Assembly: GCA_965208675.1 (NCBI GenBank)
Contig: OZ242351.1
Location: 2,944,001-3,008,000, forward strand
Source: Candidatus Poribacteria bacterium
GTDB lineage: Bacteria > Poribacteria > WGA-4E > PCPOR2b
DNA length: 64,000 nucleotides
Direction: 5' to 3'
In this document: positions 40,388-50,039 of the stretch, piece by piece
Layout of the letters: each line of letters opens with the position of its first letter
Position numbering within the stretch: the first letter of the stretch is position 1
Notes under the pieces: model-generated
What the model was told of the DNA's origin: nothing
The model's input: the letters and a program-made list of their open reading frames with translations, nothing else
Database searches by the model: none
Position numbers and translations under genes: made by a program

Positions 40388-40415
40388 TGTAGGGGCAACC
40401 CTTGTGGTTGCCCGT
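40388..40415 (+). repeat. GTAG-type REP-like palindrome
   Basis: tgtaggggcaacccttgtggttgcccgt. Confidence 0.55.
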
Positions 40416-40477
40416 AACACTTCGGTTTTGTCAACCACATTGAGTTAATTAGGAACGATGTCTAATGATGCGCCCGT

Positions 40478-40506
40478 TTGACACAAACTGTGGATTCAGG
40501 TAAAAT
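40478..40506 (+). promoter_or_regulatory. sigma70-like promoter of hsdR
   Basis: TTGACA-N17-TAAAAT, 50 nt upstream of ATG 40556. Confidence 0.6.
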
Positions 40507-40555
40507 AACGATAACCATTGCAAGCAAATTTCAAGTCACGGCAGGTAAAGAGGAT

Positions 40556-43297
40556 ATGAACCCCGAGCAAAAAGCGAGACAGAACATTGACCGAATGCTC
40601 ACGGCCGCGGGATGGGCAATTCAAGATCGGGAGGAGATGAATCTTGGTGAATCGCGGGGTGTTGCAATACGCGAATTCCCCATGGTTTCCGGGACCGCAG
40701 ACTACCTGCTAATTATCGACAGAAAAGCTGCCGGAGCCATTGAAGCCAAACCGGAGGGCACCACTCTCAGCGGTGTCTCTGAACAAACCGAGAAATATCT
40801 CACTGGAATTCCAACGGAACTTCCATATCATCAAAACCCTTTGCCGTTCGGTTATGAGAGCACCGGCGTTGAAACGTTCTTCCGCAACCTACGTGATCCG
40901 GATTCCCGTTCCCGCCGCGTTTTTGCCTTTCACAAACCGGAAACTTTGGCGCAGTGGGTCACCCATCGGGATACGCTGCGAGATCTTCTGAAAGATCTGC
41001 CGCCGCTAGACCAGCATGGCTTACGAAACTGCCAGATTGATGCAATTGTGAATCTGGAGAAATCGTTTGCGGAAAACCGTCCCCGCGCACTCATCCAGAT
41101 GGCGACCGGAAGCGGGAAAACCTACACCGCCGTTAGTTTCGCCTATCGGCTCATCAAATTCGCAGAAGCTAATAGAATACTGTTTCTAGTTGATCGCAGC
41201 AATCTCGGAAGGCAGACGCTCAAGGAATTTCAGCAATATACCACGCCGGACGACGGCAGAAAATTCGCCGAACTTTACAACGTGCAAAATCTCACTGCCA
41301 ACCATATTGATGAGGTGAGCAAAGTCTGCATCACTACAATCCAACGGTTATATTCAATGCTGAACGGGGCATCGGACTTAGATGAGCAAATCGAACGCCG
41401 CTCGATGTTCGACATGATATTGGCGAATCAACCCGCTGCGGACGTGGAATACAATCCCGATATTCCCATCTCGACCTTTGATTTCATCATCACAGACGAG
41501 TGCCATCGCTCAATCTACAACCGATGGAGGCCCGTGCTGGAATACTTCGACGCCTTTATCGTTGGTCTCACCGCCACTCCATCAAAGCAGACACTCGGAT
41601 TCTTCAATCAAAATTTGGTTACGGAATACAGCCACGAGCGAGCGGTCGCGGATGGCGTCAACGTCGGGTATGATGTGTATCGTATCAAGACAGAGATTAC
41701 GGACCAAGGCGGCGGCGTCGAAGCAGGCTTTTACGTTGACAAACGCGACCGGCTCACCCGCGAAACCCGATGGGAACAGCTTGATGAGGATATGGAATAC
41801 AGCGCAACTCAGCTTGACCGCGCTGTCGTAGCGCTCGACCAAATCCGTACCGTGATTCAGACTTTTCGAGATAATCTTTTCACGGAGATTTTCCCCGGCA
41901 GAACCGATGTGCCCAAAACGCTTATCTTCGCTAAGGACGACTCGCATGCAGAGGATATAGTGCACACCGTCCGCGAACAGTTCGGGTTGGGCAATGATTT
42001 CTGCAAAAAGATTACATACCACACAACGGGTGAGAAACCGGAAGACCTGCTCGCCAGTTTCCGAAATTCATACAATCCGCGCATCGCGGTTACGGTGGAC
42101 ATGGTCGCCACCGGCACGGACATCAAACCGCTAGAGTGCATCACCTTCATGCGAAATATCAGATCGGCAGTTTACTTTGAGCAGATGAAAGGCAGAGGGA
42201 CGCGTACGATTTCACCGACGGACTTGCAGGCGGTCACGCCCGACACCAATCACAAAACTCATTTCGTAATTGTTGACGCGATTGGCGTTTGCGAGAATGA
42301 CAAAACCGAGTCCCGACCGCTTGAGCGAAAACGCAGTGTGCCGTTCGACAAGCTGCTCGAATCGGTGGCGCTCGGAATCAGAGATTCCGATACCTTGACG
42401 ACATTGGCGGGTAGGCTCGCACGCCTTGACCGTCAAATTGGTGATAATGCGCAAAGACAGATTACCGAAGCGTCAGGAGGTACCACCTTGGATGGGATGA
42501 TAAACAGGCTGCTTAAGGCTGTAGACCCGGACCAAGATGAAAATCCCTTGATGTCGACAGAATCCGAAACCCCAACACCTGAGTTACTGCGCGAATGGAG
42601 GGAAAAACGCATCACCGATGCGTGCAAACCCTTTGACAATCCTGAATTACGTAACACGCTTATTGACATCAAAAGGCGGCGCGAGCAGACTATCGACAAC
42701 GTGAGTGAAGATAGCCTCATCGAATCAGGATATGACCGTGAGGCAAAGGAGAATGCCGAGCGGATAGTGACGGACTTCAAACAGTTTATCGAAGACAATA
42801 AGGACGAGTTGACAGCGCTCCAAATCATCTACAGTAAGCCCTACGGACAGCGGTACCTGACATATCGGCAGGTTAAGCAACTTGCAGATGCCGTCAAAAA
42901 CCCGCCCCATAATCTCACAACCGTGAGGTTATGGCAGGCGTATGAGCAGTTGGACCGTTCGACAGTCAAAGGAGCGAGACCGGACAAGCTATTGACCGAC
43001 ATTATATCCTTGGTGCGTTTTGCGATTGGGGAGGCGGAAACGCTCGAACCTTACAAAGATAGTGTCGATCGGAGATTTCAGGAATGGCTTAACAAGCAGG
43101 AAAGACTGTATTCAGAGGAACAGATGGCGTGGTTGAAGATGATAAAAGACCATATCGCTACGTCGCTAGACATTCAACTGGAAGACTTCGAGGAAATACC
43201 GTTTAAAGTAAAGGGCGGGGCAATTAAGGCGCATCAATTGTTTGGCGATACGTTGGGAACAATCCTTGCGGTGATGAATGAGCAGTTGGCGGCGTAA
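40556..43297 (+). CDS. hsdR: Type I restriction endonuclease subunit R (EcoAI/EcoEI-like)
   Basis: ADY...IEAK nuclease motif, MATGSGKT, DECHR, GLTATP, TGTD, EQMKGRGTR and EcoEI-type C-terminus. Confidence 0.92.
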   Translation: MNPEQKARQNIDRMLTAAGWAIQDREEMNLGESRGVAIREFPMVSGTADYLLIIDRKAAGAIEAKPEGTTLSGVSEQTEKYLTGIPTELPYHQNPLPFGYESTGVETFFRNLRDPDSRSRRVFAFHKPETLAQWVTHRDTLRDLLKDLPPLDQHGLRNCQIDAIVNLEKSFAENRPRALIQMATGSGKTYTAVSFAYRLIKFAEANRILFLVDRSNLGRQTLKEFQQYTTPDDGRKFAELYNVQNLTANHIDEVSKVCITTIQRLYSMLNGASDLDEQIERRSMFDMILANQPAADVEYNPDIPISTFDFIITDECHRSIYNRWRPVLEYFDAFIVGLTATPSKQTLGFFNQNLVTEYSHERAVADGVNVGYDVYRIKTEITDQGGGVEAGFYVDKRDRLTRETRWEQLDEDMEYSATQLDRAVVALDQIRTVIQTFRDNLFTEIFPGRTDVPKTLIFAKDDSHAEDIVHTVREQFGLGNDFCKKITYHTTGEKPEDLLASFRNSYNPRIAVTVDMVATGTDIKPLECITFMRNIRSAVYFEQMKGRGTRTISPTDLQAVTPDTNHKTHFVIVDAIGVCENDKTESRPLERKRSVPFDKLLESVALGIRDSDTLTTLAGRLARLDRQIGDNAQRQITEASGGTTLDGMINRLLKAVDPDQDENPLMSTESETPTPELLREWREKRITDACKPFDNPELRNTLIDIKRRREQTIDNVSEDSLIESGYDREAKENAERIVTDFKQFIEDNKDELTALQIIYSKPYGQRYLTYRQVKQLADAVKNPPHNLTTVRLWQAYEQLDRSTVKGARPDKLLTDIISLVRFAIGEAETLEPYKDSVDRRFQEWLNKQERLYSEEQMAWLKMIKDHIATSLDIQLEDFEEIPFKVKGGAIKAHQLFGDTLGTILAVMNEQLAA

Positions 43298-43425
43298 GTG
43301 TAAGTTAGGTTGTTCAATCCAATAACATCTTTGTAACTCTCAAATGCATTAACATATACTCTCAAAAACGTTAATAACTCAATGTCTTATTAACGTAAAC
43401 CCGCAAAAACGTTAATAACGCGCAG

Positions 43426-43460
43426 AAAAGCCCTGCCGGCTAAATCCAATAGGGCTTTTT
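43426..43460. terminator. Possible bidirectional terminator between convergent hsdR and the sigma-clamp operon
   Basis: aaaagccct...agggcttttt stem. Confidence 0.5.
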
Positions 43461-43509
43461 CTATTATGAAATTTCATCATCAATCCGATGGCGCCGTTAT
43501 TGCCTGCGA

Positions 43510-43800
43510 TCAGATTTGTGAGCCGTGAAGCAACGGAGACACAGTTGATTCGATTGGAGGCACCGGTGCTCCAGAGTCTGGGAACAGCCATGGTTGCTCT
43601 GCCTCATCCGTGATGTCTTCAACGGATGGTTCGTCGAACGGCGTCGCTGGGCTCGTCCAGAACTCCATCCTTTGTACGCACCGATTAACGCTGATGCGAT
43701 CGTAAATTCGGACGCGGCGTTCATGGGCGAGTGTTTCTTGAGCGAACACTTCGCGCATCAATCGTATGAGTCTGTCAGTAGAAATGTCGGCTTGCATCAT
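43510..43800 (-). CDS. Small protein: helical N-terminus, acidic/Pro-rich tail with QPWLF motif
   Basis: ATGA overlap with the stop codon of the clamp-like gene, indicating translational coupling. Confidence 0.7.
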   Translation of the reverse strand: MMQADISTDRLIRLMREVFAQETLAHERRVRIYDRISVNRCVQRMEFWTSPATPFDEPSVEDITDEAEQPWLFPDSGAPVPPIESTVSPLLHGSQI

Positions 43801-44918
43801 TTCATGGGCATTACAACGTATTGAAAGTTTTGCGCCAATTCAAGGCGCATTGAATCAGTCGGTTCCGGACGCATCCAGAATATAACTTCGGCGGCATCGG
43901 TGTGCATTAACCCGTCTTCAATGAAACTGGCATCGAATCCTGCCGCAGTACCTTGCCCCTCATACTGAATCGGCACACAAGCTTTCGAATTTCCCCAGCG
44001 CGTACTATTTTCAACAGTCAACTGTCCATCACGAATGCAAAACTCCGTACGGTTGTGGGGGTGGTCGTCACCTATGCGGATGGCTCTGAGTGCCCACAGC
44101 AACTCTTGACGACTCAACCTGATTTCCAAGCGGGCGCTGTTCGCTTTTTCAAGAACCCACTTATAATCCGCGAAATCCTCTTTCGGCAAGAGACACTTTA
44201 ATGAAACCCCCTTAGCCTCAAAACCCACGGCGCTCTCAGTGAAGCGGAGGCGGCAGACGTTCGGATTTAAGGATTCTATCAAATCAATCATCTTCATGCA
44301 AGCGGCATAAGGCATTGCCCGCATCGGAATAGAGGTTCCCGCTTGGGCTGGTTTATTCATTGATGGAAAGCTAATCACTGCCATCCGTCTGCCATCGGTC
44401 GTCACAATTCGATCTTCGCCGTCATGTCGATGAAAGAGCGCTCCCGTAACAGAGGGACGCCGTTTTGCCTCGTCCGAGTCCGATGGCTGTACCGACGCGA
44501 ACAGAACGGATTTCAGAGCCGCGCCAAACTGCGGTGCTTGCACTTCATGGTCGGGCGCGTCGGTAAGCGCTTCAAGTTCGGGATTCTGCCACTTCTCCGC
44601 ATGCGTACGCACGGCATGCCGATGTTGATTGCCATCAACTTCCAAACACCCATGCCATTTGTGGTGACTGAAACGCAGTGTTTCACCAACCGCGTGGTTG
44701 CAGATTCGCGACAGCGCGTCCGGGGGAACGGTTGCCTTTCCGGTGGCTTCGACCTCCGCTGGAATCGCATAATCTACACGGAAATTCCCGTCGTCGGTGT
44801 AGCATCTAAACTGTAGTTGCGCAGTTTGAATCGTAATCGACAAGTGTGTCCCCGGTTCGTCGAGTTTCAATAGGGTTAAGGCGCGCGTCAGCGCAGCCAC
44901 ATCACAAGTGAATTTCAT
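43797..44918 (-). CDS. Divergent DNA polymerase III beta sliding clamp paralog (DnaN-like)
   Basis: 373 aa; MKFTC start after GAGGA; VTTDGRRMA (cf. VATDGHRLA), FADYKWVL (cf. FPDYRRVL), GFDASFI and C-terminal YVVMPMK (cf. YVVMPMR). Confidence 0.85.
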   Translation of the reverse strand: MKFTCDVAALTRALTLLKLDEPGTHLSITIQTAQLQFRCYTDDGNFRVDYAIPAEVEATGKATVPPDALSRICNHAVGETLRFSHHKWHGCLEVDGNQHRHAVRTHAEKWQNPELEALTDAPDHEVQAPQFGAALKSVLFASVQPSDSDEAKRRPSVTGALFHRHDGEDRIVTTDGRRMAVISFPSMNKPAQAGTSIPMRAMPYAACMKMIDLIESLNPNVCRLRFTESAVGFEAKGVSLKCLLPKEDFADYKWVLEKANSARLEIRLSRQELLWALRAIRIGDDHPHNRTEFCIRDGQLTVENSTRWGNSKACVPIQYEGQGTAAGFDASFIEDGLMHTDAAEVIFWMRPEPTDSMRLELAQNFQYVVMPMK

Positions 44919-45003
44919 CGGTTCCTCCCCACCCGCAAGGAGTGCATTGAGAAATGTCCTTCCCAATTGATGCCTACTTGGGTGTGTTTTTCTGAGTCTG
45001 GAA

Positions 45004-45561
45004 TTAGAACAGGTCTTCGATTGATATTTCTCTCTGTTTGAGCAGCCGCAACACCTCATCGCGCAAGGCGTTGCGTGCGCGTTGCCGAAGTGATTTAACA
45101 GCGATTTCGCTCCGTTGAACAATCTTTGCAATCTCTCGGTTCGGCATATTTTCCAATTCGCCCAACACCAGCACCGTGCGGTCGATAGGTCGTAGTTGAA
45201 GTAAGGCGGCTTGCAAATACTCCCTGCTTTCAGCGTTAATCAACCGTTTGAGCGACGATTCCGTCGAATCCAGCGAGAAAGACAACGACTGAGTCAATTC
45301 ATGCGTAATTGGATAATCGAATGAAATCGCCGGGCGTTGTTGGCGCTGGCGTAAAAGGTCGATACACCCATTGTACGCGATGCGGAACAGCCACGAACGC
45401 ACCGCCGCCGGGTCAAGTAACTCAGTCCAGCCCTGATACGCTCGGAGAAATGTCTCGGCGGTCATGTCCTCGGCATCTGTTGGGTTCCCCAGTAGCCGAA
45501 GAACAAACCGGTAGATAGCGTCAACATTCGATTCATATACCTCGATGAATGTCTCATCCAC
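45004..45561 (-). CDS. ECF sigma factor
   Basis: IYRFVLRLLGNPTDAEDMTAETF and SWLFRIAYN (region 2); MPNREIAKIV..SEIAVKSLRQRAR (region 4). Confidence 0.92.
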   Translation of the reverse strand: MDETFIEVYESNVDAIYRFVLRLLGNPTDAEDMTAETFLRAYQGWTELLDPAAVRSWLFRIAYNGCIDLLRQRQQRPAISFDYPITHELTQSLSFSLDSTESSLKRLINAESREYLQAALLQLRPIDRTVLVLGELENMPNREIAKIVQRSEIAVKSLRQRARNALRDEVLRLLKQREISIEDLF

Positions 45562-45664
45562 AAATGGTAAACCTCGTTGGCTTCGCGTTTTTCAAACCTA
45601 TATGACGGAATATCCCTGTCAAGGCATCGAAAAATCTGCGCCACCCAATTCCTCGGAAATACGG

Positions 45665-45693
45665 TTGATTGACCGATATAGATGCGATATACT
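45665..45693 (+). promoter_or_regulatory. sigma70-like promoter
   Basis: TTGATT-N17-TATACT upstream of ATG 45738. Confidence 0.5.
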
Positions 45694-45737
45694 GTTCGAA
45701 CGTAGTTTCTGATGAAGATTCGCGGAGATCTGCTACT

Positions 45738-46544
45738 ATGATAAAATTAGGAACGATGTCTTTGAATCTCAGGGATACAACCGCTAATGACTTTGCGCGG
45801 ATTATTTACGACCTCGGTTTCGACGTCGTTGAATTGCATACAAGCGCATTTGAGTCAACTGATTTCAGATATCTTCGTGACCTCAAGATGACGTTGATGA
45901 AACTAGGGCTGCCGCTGGGATATATCGGGATTAGCAACGATTTCGGGCGTCCCGTTGATGAACACCCAGAGCAAATTGCGGCAATTAAAAAGTGGATTGA
46001 TGTCGCAAATTTCATGAGTTGCCCGCTCGTCCGAGTCTTCGGTGCGTATGTCCCTGACGAGTACGGCGATGAAGAAGCGCTTTGGGCGCCGATGATCGCC
46101 GGATTCCAGGAAGTCGCCGAATACGGATATGAAAAGGGTGTCCTAGTCGGTTTACAGAACCACAATCACAACAACCTCACCCGCACCGGCGACGATGTGC
46201 TTCGCGCCCTTCGAGAGACAAATCGGCCCTATTTTACACATATCTTAGACACCGGACAATATGCTGGATCGCCCGGCGCCAGCGGTCACCGGGGGTCGTC
46301 TCATCCCGGTTATGATTGCTATGATAGCATCGCGAAAACCGCGCCGCACGCCGTGTATGTCCGCGCGAAGTTTTATCGTATTGACAGCGGCATTGAGGAG
46401 TGGCTGGATTACCCGCGGATTCTTGAAATTCTATGCCAAGTGGGTTATAATGGACCCGTCTCCGTCGTCTACGAAGGCGAATCCGATCCGATTGAATCCA
46501 TGCGAAAAGCCGGCGAATATTTACGGTCGCTTATCAATTCATGA
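45738..46544 (+). CDS. Sugar phosphate isomerase/epimerase (xylose isomerase-like TIM barrel)
   Basis: GFDVVEL, VRVFG, LQNH, LDTG, LDY.RI and YEG motifs. Confidence 0.85.
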   Translation: MIKLGTMSLNLRDTTANDFARIIYDLGFDVVELHTSAFESTDFRYLRDLKMTLMKLGLPLGYIGISNDFGRPVDEHPEQIAAIKKWIDVANFMSCPLVRVFGAYVPDEYGDEEALWAPMIAGFQEVAEYGYEKGVLVGLQNHNHNNLTRTGDDVLRALRETNRPYFTHILDTGQYAGSPGASGHRGSSHPGYDCYDSIAKTAPHAVYVRAKFYRIDSGIEEWLDYPRILEILCQVGYNGPVSVVYEGESDPIESMRKAGEYLRSLINS

Positions 46545-46661
46545 TAACCGCTACATAACTCGATTTGCGCAATACCCATAACATAATAACGGACGGGAAA
46601 TACTAGAGAAGGCCAGTTCGGCAATGACGATCCAATCGTGTAACATAAAACATAGTTCACC

Positions 46662-47007
46662 ATGGACAGAACACAAGAGCCGCTTGCCTTCACCGCATCC
46701 AGCTTCTTCCGCTTCCCACTGGAACAAGCAGAGTTTGTCGTGGATCGGGTCTCCAATCCCGGCGACTGGATTCTTGACCCATTCTGTGGATTTGGAACTA
46801 CGTTGGTGGCTGCTCAGCACCTTGGACGTCAAGCGATTGGATTCGAGAAAGACTTGCAACGTTTCGCTTTTGCCGCCAAGCGGTTGCTCCATCCAAGTCG
46901 TGTTTTTCCTGATGACAGCCGGCATATCCTAAGAGTTTGAACTGCTGTCGTTTGATTTACTGTTCACAGACCCGACGAATTGGCGGAAGAGATTGCCGCA
47001 AATCTAA
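46662..47007 (+). pseudogene. DNA N6/N4 methyltransferase remnant
   Basis: ILDPFCGFGTT..AA..LGR.AIGFE (motif I); stop at 46940; FDLLFTDPT (decayed DPPY motif IV) in a shifted frame. Confidence 0.7.
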
Positions 47008-47199
47008 CAGCGGCGTTGGAACAGTTTCAGGACATCTGTGAAGCGTGAACGAGCGTTCGCCCATATCTGACAGCGAGATTGCATCTTTCCCATTAGAAAA
47101 TTCCCCCCTAGCACCTTTTTCCCTTCATGAATCCGCTCTTCATATTCGCCAAATCCGATGTAAAGCGTCTGATAATCGCTCCGCGCCGTGGAAAATTTA

Positions 47200-47228
47200 T
47201 TGACATAGGCGAGAAATGCGGGTAAATT
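47200..47228 (+). promoter_or_regulatory. sigma70-like promoter of the sulfurtransferase-pterin cluster
   Basis: TTGACA-N17-TAAATT. Confidence 0.5.
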
Positions 47229-47313
47229 ATAGAGTAACAATAGGGCTCATTTCTCCCTCACATCGTCTTGAACAGAAAACCGAAATTTAATACTGAAACC
47301 GGAGGGTTTTATC

Positions 47314-48162
47314 ATGGCAGATTACGCCCAACCTGAAGTCTTGGTCAGCACCGATTGGGTTGCGCAGCACCATAGTGACCCAGGCATCAGGCTGCTCGAA
47401 GTCGATGTCGACACCGACGCCTACGGCGAAGGACATATCAAAGGTGCAGTCGGACTCAACTGGCAGACCCAACTCTGCGATCAAGTACGGCGGGATATCC
47501 TAACCAAAGACCAATTTGAACAACTCTGCAGCGATTGCGGTATCAGCAACGGTACCACCATTATCTTTTATGGCGATAATAACAATTGGTTCGCCACCTA
47601 CGCGCTCTGGCAGTTCCGATATTACGGACACGATGAGAGCAGGCTAAAGGTGATGAACGGTGGACGCACAAAATGGATTGATGAAGGGCGCGAGTTGATA
47701 ACGGACGTGCCTGCACCGTCCGCCACAGATTACAAGGCTAAGTTCCCCGACGACAATGTGCGTGCGACGAAGGACAACATTCTCCCAACGCTGAATCAGG
47801 GAGTTATCAATCTTGTTGATGTCCGCTCTCCCGCAGAGTTCACCGGCGAAATCCTCGCACCGCCCGGTTTATCTGAAACCGCCCAGCGCGGCGGGCATAT
47901 TCCCGGTGCAGCCAATATCCCGTGGGCAACTGCAGTGGCTGAAGATGGAACATTCAAATCCTACGATGAGCTAGAGGCAATCTACGGAGGCGAAGGCGTT
48001 GACCCTAGCAAGGAAACCATTGCCTACTGCCGCATCGGAGAACGCTCCTCGCACACTTGGTTCGCACTCAAGTATCTGCTAGGTTACGAAAAAGTGCGCA
48101 ACTACGATGGCAGTTGGACAGAATGGGGCAACCTGATTGGCGCACCGATCGCCAAGGAGTAG
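47314..48162 (+). CDS. Tandem-domain sulfurtransferase (rhodanese, SseA/CysA-like)
   Basis: LVSTDWV, GHIKGA, DVRSPAEFTG, GHIPGA, YCRIGERS and YDGSWTEW motifs. Confidence 0.93.
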   Translation: MADYAQPEVLVSTDWVAQHHSDPGIRLLEVDVDTDAYGEGHIKGAVGLNWQTQLCDQVRRDILTKDQFEQLCSDCGISNGTTIIFYGDNNNWFATYALWQFRYYGHDESRLKVMNGGRTKWIDEGRELITDVPAPSATDYKAKFPDDNVRATKDNILPTLNQGVINLVDVRSPAEFTGEILAPPGLSETAQRGGHIPGAANIPWATAVAEDGTFKSYDELEAIYGGEGVDPSKETIAYCRIGERSSHTWFALKYLLGYEKVRNYDGSWTEWGNLIGAPIAKE

Positions 48163-48234
48163 TGGTTACGCGGCGCCGCAATCGGCGTTCGGGGCGTCGC
48201 CAAACCTTTCGTAGGATTGATGCGGGAGTTTTAG

Positions 48235-48522
48235 ATGGCTAAGTTTGTTTCGGTCCACATTATCGCCTGCATGACCCGCCAAGATGTGGAGCGTTTACTT
48301 GCGCGGTTTGCAACCGAGGAAAGCGACGGCGTAAAGAATCTGCGAGTGCAGTGTGATACCTTGTCCGGCCGGATGGTCTGCGAATGGGAGGCGCCGGACC
48401 GAGACACGCTCGTAAAGTGGCTTAAAAAGTGCGATGTGCGATTCCGCGGCAAAAGCGAGTGGCTAATGCGCGTACAGCTTGAGTCCGTGGCGGGCAAGGT
48501 TGTAACGCTCACGGGCGCGTAG
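48235..48522 (+). CDS. Small DUF4242/SCO4226-like protein
   Basis: GRMVCEWEAPDRD motif; GGAG RBS. Confidence 0.55.
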   Translation: MAKFVSVHIIACMTRQDVERLLARFATEESDGVKNLRVQCDTLSGRMVCEWEAPDRDTLVKWLKKCDVRFRGKSEWLMRVQLESVAGKVVTLTGA

Positions 48523-48551
48523 TAGCCACTATCTTATGTAGTATTCTTATC

Positions 48552-49403
48552 ATGCATCATCTGACACGCCAAGTTGCCTTTGAGGCATCACACTATTATC
48601 GCGTCCCCGAACTTAGCCAAGCCGAAAACGTCGCGCTCTTCGGCGCCGCCGCAAACGCCAACAGCCACGGACACAACTATGTGCTTGAAGTAACCGTAAA
48701 AGGAGAGGTTGAGCCCGAACATGGAATGGTTGTCAATATCGCGAATCTAGATGCGCTCCTCAAACAGCGTGTCGTTGTGGACTATGATCACAAGCTGATT
48801 AACCAACAACATCCCGTCTTCGCAAACAATCCCGAACTGCAACCGACATGCGAAAATCTGGCGATACAGATGTGGCATTCGATCGAACAGCATCTGAAAG
48901 ACGCAGCTTTGCACCGCGTCCGCTTACATGAGGATTCGACCGCGTTCGCTGACTATCATGGAGAAGGATACATGGTTTTTCAAACCAAAGTCTATGAATT
49001 TAGCGCATCACATCGCTTACACAGCCAAGAACTTGGCGATGCGGAAAACCGGCGAATCTTCGGAAAATGCAATAATCCTCACGGGCACGGGCACAACTAC
49101 GTGTTAGAGGTCATGATTAAAGGCGAGGTGAATCCAAGAACAGGGCTGGTCACAGATTTGGGATTTCTTGATAGGATTATTGAGGAGCAGATTTTCGCCC
49201 GGTTTGATTTCAAACATCTCAACTTAGACACGCCTGAATTTGAGAAAATAAACCCAACTTCTGAAAATTTTGTGAAAGTGCTTTGGGGTATTCTTGATCC
49301 CCATCTAAAGCCGGTCAAACTCTATCGGCTTCGATTAAGAGAGACGCCTAGGAGCTATTTTGACTATTACGGAGAGCAAAGTTTAACCGATGAAAATTCC
49401 TGA
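48552..49403 (+). CDS. Two-domain 6-pyruvoyl-tetrahydropterin synthase (PTPS/QueD family)
   Basis: Two repeats of F.ASH...HGHNY.LEV.VKG.V....G; the second has [12 protein letters not shown]. Confidence 0.9.
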   Translation: MHHLTRQVAFEASHYYRVPELSQAENVALFGAAANANSHGHNYVLEVTVKGEVEPEHGMVVNIANLDALLKQRVVVDYDHKLINQQHPVFANNPELQPTCENLAIQMWHSIEQHLKDAALHRVRLHEDSTAFADYHGEGYMVFQTKVYEFSASHRLHSQELGDAENRRIFGKCNNPHGHGHNYVLEVMIKGEVNPRTGLVTDLGFLDRIIEEQIFARFDFKHLNLDTPEFEKINPTSENFVKVLWGILDPHLKPVKLYRLRLRETPRSYFDYYGEQSLTDENS

Positions 49404-49992
49404 AGCAGAGTCCTCTGAGGTCACTACAATCACTCCAAACCCAAATCTTGAGCAAATCTACGCGCAATTGCTAAGTCACATTGGCGAAGACCCTGCGCGG
49501 CAAGGGCTGCAAAAAACCCCCCAGCGTGCATCGGAGGCGTTTCAATTCTTGACACAAGGGTATAACCAAACCATTGACGAAGTGCTGAACGATGCAATCT
49601 TTGACGAAGAATATGACGAGATGGTCATCGTCAAGAATATCGAATTTTATAGCGCCTGCGAACATCACTTACTTCCGTTTCTTGGTAAGTGTCATGTTGG
49701 CTACATTCCCCAAAAAAAGATTATTGGTCTCAGCAAAATCCCTCGCATCGTAGATATGTTCTCCCGCAGGCTTCAGGTTCAAGAAAGGCTGACTCGACAG
49801 GTTGCGTTAGCGATAGAAGAAGCGCTCAATCCCCTCGGGGTAGGTGTCGTCATAGAGGCTCAACATATGTGCGTGATGTGCCGTGGTGTACAAAAGCAAC
49901 ACCCGATAATGATGACCAACGTGATGCTAGGCGCCTTCCGAGACGAAGATTCAACGCGCGCTGAGTTCATGCGATGTATTCAGACCGCATAA
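49390..49992 (+). CDS. folE: GTP cyclohydrolase I
   Basis: [38 protein letters not shown] and HMCVMCRG motifs. Confidence 0.96.
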   Translation: MKIPEAESSEVTTITPNPNLEQIYAQLLSHIGEDPARQGLQKTPQRASEAFQFLTQGYNQTIDEVLNDAIFDEEYDEMVIVKNIEFYSACEHHLLPFLGKCHVGYIPQKKIIGLSKIPRIVDMFSRRLQVQERLTRQVALAIEEALNPLGVGVVIEAQHMCVMCRGVQKQHPIMMTNVMLGAFRDEDSTRAEFMRCIQTA

Positions 49993-50039
49993 ACTCTAGT
50001 CTTTAACGTTCAGATTAAGAGGCGAATACAGTCAATTAA

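Noticed and set aside
43363-43419. 16-bp direct repeat caaaaacgttaataac downstream of hsdR
   Set aside because: Two copies in AT-rich sequence; no evidence of an att site or operator role.
44919-45131. 71-aa N-terminal extension of the clamp-like ORF in the supplied track
   Set aside because: It overlaps the sigma gene in another frame; DnaN homology and the RBS indicate a start at 44918.
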